From the human T2T-CHM13v2.0 reference genome, Homo sapiens: DNA of 64,000 nucleotides. Below the pieces are notes generated by a model. The model saw only the letters and a list, made by a program, of their open reading frames with translations, ran no database searches and was not told the DNA's origin. The position numbers and the translations under genes were made by a program. The stretch's first letter is position 1; every line of letters starts with the position of its first letter. The stretch is taken from the NCBI RefSeq assembly GCF_009914755.1, contig NC_060937.1; one strand, written 5' to 3'. This document shows, one piece after another, positions 42,401-53,290 of the stretch.

Positions 42401-45400
42401 TCTAGATTTTAGATGATGATATTCCCGTTTCCAACGAAATCATTAGAGCTATCCAAATATCCACTTACAGTTTCTACAAAAAGAGTGTTTCCAAACTGCT
42501 GCATCAAAAGAGAGGTTCCACTCTGTTAGCTGAGTACACACATCACAAACTTGTTTCTCAGAATCCTTCTGTCTCGTTTTTCTGGGAAGATATTTACTTT
42601 TTCACCGTAGGCATCAAAGCGCTCCAAATGTCCACATCCAGATACTCCAGAAAGAGTGTTTCAAACCTGCTCTATGAAAGGGAATCTTCAACTCTATGAG
42701 TTGAATGCAGACATCAGAAAGAAATTTCTGAGAATGCTGCTGTCTACCTTTTATTTGAATTCCCGCTTCCAACGAAATCCTCCAAGCTATCCAAATATCC
42801 ACTTGCAGATTCCACAAAAAGAGTGTTTCAAAACTGCTCTCTATCAATGGCAAAGTTCAACTCTGTTAGTTGAGGACACATATCACCAACAAGTTTCTGA
42901 GAATGCTTCTGTCTATTTTTTATGGGAAGATATTTCCTTTTTCACCGTAGGCGTCAAGGCGATCGAAATGTCCACTTCCACAAACTACAAAAAGAGTGTT
43001 TCAAACCTGCTCTATGAAAGGCCATGTTCATCTCTATGAGTCGAATGGAAATATCCGAAAGAAATTTCTGGGAATGCTGCTGTCTAGTTTTTATACGAAT
43101 TCCCGCTTCCAACGAAATCCTCAAAGCAATCCAAATATCCACTTGCAGAATCCACAAAAAGAGTGTTTCAAAACTGCTCTATCAATAGAAAGGTTCAACT
43201 CTTTTAGTTGAGTACACACATCACAAACAAGTTTCTGAGAATGCTTCTGTCTGGCTTTTATTGGAAGACGTTTCCTTTTCACCAAAGGCATCAAAGCGCT
43301 CCAAATGTCCACTTCCAGATTCTTCCAAAAGAGTGTTTGAAACGTGCTCAAAGTAAGGGAATGTTCAACTCTGTGACTTGAATGCAGATATCACCAAGTA
43401 GTTTCTAATAGTGCTTCTGTCTAGATTTTAGATGATGATATTCCCGTTTCCAACGAAATCGTTAGAGCTATCCAAATATCCACTTACAGTTGCTACAAAA
43501 ACAGTGTTTCCAAACTGCTGCATCAAAAGAAAGGTTCAACTCTGTTAGTTGAGGACACACGTCACAAAGAAGTTTGTGAGAATGCTTCTGTCTAGATTTT
43601 GTATGACGATATTCCCTTTTCCAACGATATCATTAAAGCAATCTAAATATCCATTTGCAGAATCCACAAAAATAGAGTTTCAAAGCTGCTCTGTAAAAAG
43701 AAAGGTTCCACTCTGTTAGCTGAGTACACACATCACAAACTTGTTTCTCAGAATCCTTCTGTCTCGTTTTTCTGGGAAGATATTTACTTTTTCACCGTAG
43801 GCATCAAAGCGCTCCAAATGTCCACATCCAGATACTCCAGAAAGAGTGTTTCAAACCTGCTCTATGAAAGGGAATCTTCAACTCTATGAGTTGAATGCAG
43901 ACATCAGAAAGAAATTTCTGAGAATGCTGCTGTCTACCTTTTATTTGAATTCCCGCTTCCAACGAAATCCTCCAAGCTATCCAAATATCCACTTGCAGAT
44001 TCCACAAAAAGAGTGTTTCAAAACTGCTCTCTATCAATGGCAAAGTTCAACTCTGTTAGTTGAGGACACATATCACCAACAAGTTTCTGAGAATGCTTCT
44101 GTCTATTTTTTATGGGAAGATATTTCCTTTTTCACCGTAGGCGTCAAGGCGATCGAAATGTCCACTTCCACAAACTACAAAAAGAGTGTTTCAAACCTGC
44201 TCTATGAAAGGCCATGTTCATCTCTATGAGTCGAATGGAAATATCCGAAAGAAATTTCTGGGAATGCTGCTGTCTAGTTTTTATACGAATTCCCGCTTCC
44301 AACGAAATCCTCAAAGCAATCCAAATATCCACTTGCAGAATCCACAAAAAGAGTGTTTCAAAACTGCTCTATCAATAGAAAGGTTCAACTCTTTTAGTTG
44401 AGTACACACATCACAAACAAGTTTCTGAGAATGCTTCTGTCTGGCTTTTATTGGAAGACGTTTCCTTTTCACCAAAGGCATCAAAGCGCTCCAAATGTCC
44501 ACTTCCAGATTCTTCCAAAAGAGTGTTTGAAACGTGCTCAAAGTAAGGGAATGTTCAACTCTGTGACTTGAATGCAGATATCACCAAGTAGTTTCTAATA
44601 GTGCTTCTGTCTAGATTTTAGATGATGATATTCCCGTTTCCAACGAAATCGTTAGAGCTATCCAAATATCCACTTACAGTTGCTACAAAAACAGTGTTTC
44701 CAAACTGCTGCATCAAAAGAAAGGTTCAACTCTGTTAGTTGAGGACACACGTCACAAAGAAGTTTGTGAGAATGCTTCTGTCTAGATTTTGTATGACCAT
44801 ATTCCCTTTTCCAACGATATCGTTAAAGCAATCTAAATATCCATTTGCAGAATCCACAAAAATAGAGTTTCAAAGCTGCTCTGTAAAAAGAAAGGTTCCA
44901 CTCTGTTAGCTGAGTACACACATCACAAACTTGTTTCTCAGAATCCTTCTGTCTCGTTTTTCTGGGAAGATATTTACTTTTTCACCGTAGGCATCAAAGC
45001 GCTCCAAATGTCCACATCCAGATACTCCAGAAAGAGTGTTTCAAACCTGCTCTATGAAAGGGAATCTTCAACTCTATGAGTTGAATGCAGACATCAGAAA
45101 GAAATTTCTGAGAATGCTGCTGTCTACCTTTTATTTGAATTCCCGCTTCCAACGAAATCCTCCAAGCTATCCAAATATCCACTTGCAGATTCCACAAAAA
45201 GAGTGTTTCAAAACTGCTCTCTATCAATGGCAAAGTTCAACTCTGTTAGTTGAGGACACATATCACCAACAAGTTTCTGAGAATGCTTCTGTCTATTTTT
45301 TATGGGAAGATATTTCCTTTTTCACCGTAGGCGTCAAGGCGATCGAAATGTCCACTTCCACAAACTACAAAAAGAGTGTTTCAAACCTGCTCTATGAAAG

Positions 45401-46183
45401 GCCATGTTCATCTCTATGAGTCGAATGGAAATATCCGAAAGAAATTTCTGGGAATGCTGCTGTCTAGTTTTTATACGAATTCCCGCTTCCAACGAAATCC
45501 TCAAAGCAATCCAAATATCCACTTGCAGAATCCACAAAAAGAGTGTTTCAAAACTGCTCTATCAATAGAAAGGTTCAACTCTTTTAGTTGAGTACACACA
45601 TCACAAACAAGTTTCTGAGAATGCTTCTGTCTGGCTTTTATTGGAAGACGTTTCCTTTTCACCAAAGGCATCAAAGCGCTCCAAATGTCCACTTCCAGAT
45701 TCTTCCAAAAGAGTGTTTGAAACGTGCTCAAAGTAAGGGAATGTTCAACTCTGTGACTTGAATGCAGATATCACCAAGTAGTTTCTAATAGTGCTTCTGT
45801 CTAGATTTTAGATGATGATATTCCCGTTTCCAACGAAATCGTTAGAGCTATCCAAATATCCACTTACAGTTTCTACAAAAAGAGTGTTTCCAAACTGCTG
45901 CATCAAAAGAAAGGTTCAACTCTGTTAGTTGAGGACACACATCACAAAGAAGTTTGTGAGAATGCTTCTGTCTAGATTTTGTATGACCATATTCCCTTTT
46001 CCAGCGATATCATTAAAGCAATCTAAATATCCATTTGCAGAATCCACAAAAATAGAGTTTCAAAGCTGCTCTGTAAAAAGAAAGGTTCCACTCTGTTAGC
46101 TGAGTACACACATCACAAACTTGTTTCTGAGAATCCTTCTGTCTCGTTTTTATGGGAAGATATTTACTTTTTCACCGTAGGCA

Positions 46184-46861
46184 TCAAAGTGCTCCAAATG
46201 TCCACATCCAGATACTCCAGAAAGAGTGTTTCAAACCTGCTCTATGAAAGGGAATCTTCAACTCTATGAGTTGAATGCAGACATCAGAAAGAAATTTCTG
46301 AGAATGCTGCTGTCTACCTTTTATTTGAACTCCCGCTTCCAACGAAATCCTCCAAGCTATCCAAATATCCACTTGCATTTTCCACAAAAAGAGTGCTTCA
46401 AAACTGCTCTATCAATAAATGTTCAACTCCTTTAGCTGGGTGCACACATCACAAACAAGTTTCTGAGAATGCTTCTGTCTAGTTTTTATGGGAAGACATT
46501 CCCTTTTTCACCAAAGGCATCAAAGCGCTCCAAATGTCCACTTCCAGACACTACAAAAAGAGTGTTTCCAACGTGCTCTAAGAAAGCGAATGTTCAACTC
46601 TGTGACTTGAATGCAGATATCACAAAGTAGTTTCTGAGAGGGCTTCTGTCTAGATTTTAGATGATGATATTCCCGTTTCCAACGAAATCATTAGAGCTAT
46701 CCAAATATCCACTTACAGTTTCTACAAAAAGAGTGTTTCCAAACTGCTGCATCAAAAGAGAGGTTCCACTCTGTTAGCTGAGTACACACATCACAAACTT
46801 GTTTCTGAGAATCCTTCTGTGTCGTTTTTATGGGAAGATATTTACTTTTTCACCGTAGGCA
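46184..46861 (-). repeat. 678-bp variant 4-monomer block (4'), copy 3
   Basis: Same gaactc, gtgcttc, 2-bp deletion and gtgcac signature. Confidence 0.92.
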
Positions 46862-49241
46862 TCAAAGCGCTCCAAATGTCCACATCCAGATACTCCAGAA
46901 AGAGTGTTTCAAACCTGCTCTATGAAAGGGAATCTTCAACTCTATGAGTTGAATGCAGACATCAGAAAGAAATTTCTGAGAATGCTGCTGTCTACCTTTT
47001 ATTTGAATTCCCGCTTCCAACGAAATCCTCCAAGCTATCCAAATATCCACTTGCAGATTCCACAAAAAGAGTGTTTCAAAACTGCTCTCTATCAATGGCA
47101 AAGTTCAACTCTGTTAGTTGAGGACACATATCACCAACAAGTTTCTGAGAATGCTTCTGTCTATTTTTTATGGGAAGATATTTCCTTTTTCACCGTAGGC
47201 GTCAAGGCGATCGAAATGTCCACTTCCACAAACTACAAAAAGAGTGTTTCAAACCTGCTCTATGAAAGGCCATGTTCATCTCTATGAGTCGAATGGAAAT
47301 ATCCGAAAGAAATTTCTGGGAATGCTGCTGTCTAGTTTTTATACGAATTCCCGCTTCCAACGAAATCCTCAAAGCAATCCAAATATCCACTTGCAGAATC
47401 CACAAAAAGAGTGTTTCAAAACTGCTCTATCAATAGAAAGGTTCAACTCTTTTAGTTGAGTACACACATCACAAACAAGTTTCTGAGAATGCTTCTGTCT
47501 GGCTTTTATTGGAAGACGTTTCCTTTTCACCAAAGGCATCAAAGCGCTCCAAATGTCCACTTCCAGATTCTTCCAAAAGAGTGTTTGAAACGTGCTCAAA
47601 GTAAGGGAATGTTCAACTCTGTGACTTGAATGCAGATATCACCAAGTAGTTTCTAATAGTGCTTCTGTCTAGATTTTAGATGATGATATTCCCGTTTCCA
47701 ACGAAATCGTTAGAGCTATCCAAATATCCACTTACAGTTTCTACAAAAAGAGTGTTTCCAAACTGCTGCATCAAAAGAAAGGTTCAACTCTGTTAGTTGA
47801 GGACACACATCACAAAGAAGTTTGTGAGAATGCTTCTGTCTAGATTTTGTATGACGATATTCCCTTTTCCAACGATATCGTTAAAGCAATCTAAATATCC
47901 ATTTGCAGAATCCACAAAAATAGAGTTTCAAAGCTGCTCTGTAAAAAGAAAGGTTCCACTCTGTTAGCTGAGTACACACATCACAAACTTGTTTCTCAGC
48001 ATCCTTCTGTCTCGTTTTTATGGGAAGATATTTACTTTTTCACCGTAGGCATCAAAGCGCTCCAAATGTCCACATCCAGATACTCCAGAAAGAGTGTTTC
48101 AAACCTGCTCTATGAAAGGGAATCTTCAACTCTATGAGTTGAATGCAGACATCAGAAAGAAATTTCTGAGAATGCTGCTGTCTACCTTTTATTTGAATTC
48201 CCGCTTCCAACGAAATCCTCCAAGCTATCCAAATATCCACTTGCAGATTCCACAAAAAGAGTGTTTCAAAACTGCTCTCTATCAATGGCAAAGTTCAACT
48301 CTGTTAGTTGAGGACACATATCACCAACAAGTTTCTGAGAATGCTTCTGTCTATTTTTTATGGGAAGATATTTCCTTTTTCACCGTAGGCGTCAAGGCGA
48401 TCGAAATGTCCACTTCCACAAACTACAAAAAGAGTGTTTCAAACCTGCTCTATGAAAGGCCATGTTCATCTCTATGAGTCGAATGGAAATATCCGAAAGA
48501 AATTTCTGGGAATGCTGCTGTCTAGTTTTTATACGAATTCCCGCTTCCAACGAAATCCTCAAAGCAATCCAAATATCCACTTGCAGAATCCACAAAAAGA
48601 GTGTTTCAAAACTGCTCTATCAATAGAAAGGTTCAACTCTTTTAGTTGAGTACACACATCACAAACAAGTTTCTGAGAATGCTTCTGTCTGGCTTTTATT
48701 GGAAGACGTTTCCTTTTCACCAAAGGCATCAAAGCGCTCCAAATGTCCACTTCCAGATTCTTCCAAAAGAGTGTTTGAAACGTGCCCAAAGTAAGGGAAT
48801 GTTCAACTCTGTGACTTGAATGCAGATATCACCAAGTAGTTTCTAATAGTGCTTCTGTCTAGATTTTAGATGATGATATTCCCGTTTCCAACGAAATCGT
48901 TAGAGCTATCCAAATATCCACTTACAGTTTCTACAAAAAGAGTGTCTCCAAACTGCTGCATCAAAAGAAAGGTTCAACTCTGTTAGTTGAGGACACACAT
49001 CACAAAGAAGTTTGTGAGAATGCTTCTGTCTAGATTTTGTATGACCATATTCCCTTTCCCAGCGATATCATTAAAGCAATCTAAATATCCATTTGCAGAA
49101 TCCACAAAAATAGAGTTTCAAAGCTGCTCTGTAAAAAGAAAGGTTCCACTCTGTTAGCTGAGTACACACATCACAAACTTGTTTCTGAGAATCCTTCTGT
49201 CTCGTTTTTATGGGAAGATATTTACTTTTTCACCGTAGGCA

Positions 49242-49919
49242 TCAAAGCGCTCCAAATGTCCACATCCAGATACTCCAGAAAGAGTGTTTCAAACCTGCTC
49301 TATGAAAGGGAATCTTCAACTCTATGAGTTGAATGCAGACATCAGAAAGAAATTTCTGAGAATGCTGCTGTCTACCTTTTATTTGAACTCCCGCTTCCAA
49401 CGAAATCCTCCAAGCTATCCAAATATCCACTTGCATTTTCCACAAAAAGAGTGCTTCAAAACTGCTCTATCAATAAATGTTCAACTCCTTTAGCTGGGTG
49501 CACACATCACAAACAAGTTTCTGAGAATGCTTCTGTCTAGTTTTTATGGGAAGACATTCCCTTTTTCACCAAAGGCATCAAAGCGCTCCAAATGTCCACT
49601 TCCAGACACTACAAAAAGAGTGTTTCCAACGTGCTCTACGAAAGCGAATGTTCAACTCTGTGACTTGAATGCAGATATCACAAAGTAGTTTCTGAGAGGG
49701 CTTCTGTCTAGATTTTAGATGATGATATTCCCGTTTCCAACGAAATCATTAGAGCTATCCAAATATCCACTTACAGTTTCTACAAAAAGAGTGTTTCCAA
49801 ACTGCTGCATCAAAAGAGAGGTTCCACTCTGTTAGCTGAGTACACACATCACAAACTTGTTTCTGAGAATCCTTCTGTGTCGTTTTTCTGGGAAGATATT
49901 TACTTTTTCACCGTAGGCA
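49242..49919 (-). repeat. 678-bp variant 4-monomer block (4'), copy 4
   Basis: Same gaactc, gtgcttc, 2-bp deletion and gtgcac signature. Confidence 0.92.
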
Positions 49920-52900
49920 TCAAAGCGCTCCAAATGTCCACATCCAGATACTCCAGAAAGAGTGTTTCAAACCTGCTCTATGAAAGGGAATCTTCAACTC
50001 TATGAGTTGAATGCAGACATCAGAAAGAAATTTCTGAGAATGCTGCTGTCTACCTTTTATTTGAATTCCCGCTTCCAACGAAATCCTCCAAGCTATCCAA
50101 ATATCCACTTGCAGATTCCACAAAAAGAGTGTTTCAAAACTGCTCTCTATCAATGGCAAAGTTCAACTCTGTTAGTTGAGGACACATATCACCAACAAGT
50201 TTCTGAGAATGCTTCTGTCTATTTTTTATGGGAAGATATTTCCTTTTTCACCGTAGGCGTCAAGGCGATCGAAATGTCCACTTCCACAAACTACAAAAAG
50301 AGTGTTTCAAACCTGCTCTATGAAAGGCCATGTTCATCTCTATGAGTCGAATGGAAATATCCGAAAGAAATTTCTGGGAATGCTGCTGTCTAGTTTTTAT
50401 ACGAATTCCCGCTTCCAACGAAATCCTCAAAGCAATCCAAATATCCACTTGCAGAATCCACAAAAAGAGTGTTTCAAAACTGCTCTATCAATAGAAAGGT
50501 TCAACTCTTTTAGTTGAGTACACACATCACAAACAAGTTTCTGAGAATGCTTCTGTCTGGCTTTTATTGGAAGACGTTTCCTTTTCACCAAAGGCATCAA
50601 AGCGCTCCAAATGTCCACTTCCAGATTCTTCCAAAAGAGTGTTTGAAACGTGCTCAAAGTAAGGGAATGTTCAACTCTGTGACTTGAATGCAGATATCAC
50701 CAAGTAGTTTCTAATAGTGCTTCTGTCTAGATTTTAGATGATGATATTCCCGTTTCCAACGAAATCGTTAGAGCTATCCAAATATCCACTTACAGTTGCT
50801 ACAAAAACAGTGTTTCCAAACTGCTGCATCAAAAGAAAGGTTCAACTCTGTTAGTTGAGGACACACGTCACAAAGAAGTTTGTGAGAATGCTTCTGTCTA
50901 GATTTTGTATGACGATATTCCCTTTTCCAACGATATCGTTAAAGCAATCTAAATATCCATTTGCAGAATCCACAAAAATAGAGTTTCAAAGCTGCTCTGT
51001 AAAAAGAAAGGTTCCACTCTGTTAGCTGAGTACACACATCACAAACTTGTTTCTCAGAATCCTTCTGTCTCGTTTTTCTGGGAAGATATTTACTTTTTCA
51101 CCGTAGGCATCAAAGCGCTCCAAATGTCCACATCCAGATACTCCAGAAAGAGTGTTTCAAACCTGCTCTATGAAAGGGAATCTTCAACTCTATGAGTTGA
51201 ATGCAGACATCAGAAAGAAATTTCTGAGAATGCTGCTGTCTACCTTTTATTTGAATTCCCGCTTCCAACGAAATCCTCCAAGCTATCCAAATATCCACTT
51301 GCAGATTCCACAAAAAGAGTGTTTCAAAACTGCTCTCTATCAATGGCAAAGTTCAACTCTGTTAGTTGAGGACACATATCACCAACAAGTTTCTGAGAAT
51401 GCTTCTGTCTATTTTTTATGGGAAGATATTTCCTTTTTCACCGTAGGCGTCAAGGCGATCGAAATGTCCACTTCCACAAACTACAAAAAGAGTGTTTCAA
51501 ACCTGCTCTATGAAAGGCCATGTTCATCTCTATGAGTCGAATGGAAATATCCGAAAGAAATTTCTGGGAATGCTGCTGTCTAGTTTTTATACGAATTCCC
51601 GCTTCCAACGAAATCCTCAAAGCAATCCAAATATCCACTTGCAGAATCCACAAAAAGAGTGTTTCAAAACTGCTCTATCAATAGAAAGGTTCAACTCTTT
51701 TAGTTGAGTACACACATCACAAACAAGTTTCTGAGAATGCTTCTGTCTGGCTTTTATTGGAAGACGTTTCCTTTTCACCAAAGGCATCAAAGCGCTCCAA
51801 ATGTCCACTTCCAGATTCTTCCAAAAGAGTGTTTGAAACGTGCTCAAAGTAAGGGAATGTTCAACTCTGTGACTTGAATGCAGATATCACCAAGTAGTTT
51901 CTAATAGTGCTTCTGTCTAGATTTTAGATGATGATATTCCCGTTTCCAACGAAATCGTTAGAGCTATCCAAATATCCACTTACAGTTTCTACAAAAAGAG
52001 TGTTTCCAAACTGCTGCATCAAAAGAAAGGTTCAACTCTGCTAGTTGAGGACACACGTCACAAAGAAGTTTGTGAGAATGCTTCTGTCTAGATTTTGTAT
52101 GACGATATTCCCTTTTCCAGCGATATCATTAAAGCAATCTAAATATCCATTTGCAGAATCCACAAAAATAGAGTTTCAAAGCTGCTCTGTAAAAAGAAAG
52201 GTTCCACTCTGTTAGCTGAGTACACACATCACAAACTTGTTTCTCAGAATCCTTCTGTCTCGTTTTTATGGGAAGATATTTACTTTTTCACCTTAGGCAT
52301 CAAAGCGCTCCAAATGTCCACATCCAGATACTCCAGAAAGAGTGTTTCAAACCTGCTCTATGAAAGGGAATCTTCAACTCTATGAGTTGAATGCAGACAT
52401 CAGAAAGAAATTTCTGAGAATGCTGCTGTCTACCTTTTATTTGAATTCCCACTTCCAACGAAATCCTCCAAGCTATCCAAATATCCACCTGCATTTTCCA
52501 CAAAAAGAGCGTTTCAAAACTGCTCTATCAATAGAAATGTTCAACTCCTTTGGCTGGGTACACACATCACAAACAAGTTTCTGAGAATGCTTCTGTCTAG
52601 TTTTTATGGGAAGACATTCCCTTTTTCACCAAAGGCATCAAAGCGCTCCAAATGTCCACTTCCAGACACTACAAAAAGAGTGTTTCCAACGTGCTCTAAG
52701 AAAGCGAATGTTCAACTCTGTGACTTGAATGCAGATATCACAAAGTAGTTTCTGAGAGGGCTTCTGTCTAGATTTTAGATGATGATATTCCCGTTTCCAA
52801 CGAAATCATTAGAGCTATCCAAATATCCACTTACAGTTTCTACAAAAAGAGTGTTTCCAAACTGCTGCATGAAAAGAGAGGTTCCACTCTGTTAGCTGAG

Positions 52901-53290
52901 TACACACATCACAAACTTGTTTCTCAGAATCCTTCTGTCTCGTTTTTCTGGGAAGATATTTACTTTTTCACCGTAGGCATCAAAGCGCTCCAAATGTCCA
53001 CATCCAGATACTCCAGAAAGAGTGTTTCAAACCTGCTCTATGAAAGGGAATCTTCAACTCTATGAGTTGAATGCAGACATCAGAAAGAAATTTCTGAGAA
53101 TGCTGCTGTCTACCTTTTATTTGAATTCCCGCTTCCAACGAAATCCTCCAAGCTATCCAAATATCCACTTGCAGATTCCACAAAAAGAGTGTTTCAAAAC
53201 TGCTCTCTATCAATGGCAAAGTTCAACTCTGTTAGTTGAGGACACATATCACCAACAAGTTTCTGAGAATGCTTCTGTCTATTTTTTATG

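Larger units (their letters stand above)
1..53290 (-). repeat. Homogeneous domain of mixed 7-mer and 11-mer HORs
   Basis: From 631 to 52979 there are 36 seven-monomer blocks and 14 four-monomer blocks (14 11-mers plus 22 free 7-mers). Block order: 7,7,4,7,7,4,7,7,7,7,4,7,7,4',7,7,4',7,7,7,4,7,7,4,7,4,7,4,7,7,7,7,7,7*,7,7,4,7,7,4,7,7,7,4',7,7,4',7,7,4. The block lengths sum exactly to 52349 bp. ORF translations are nearly invariant between copies. Confidence 0.93.
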
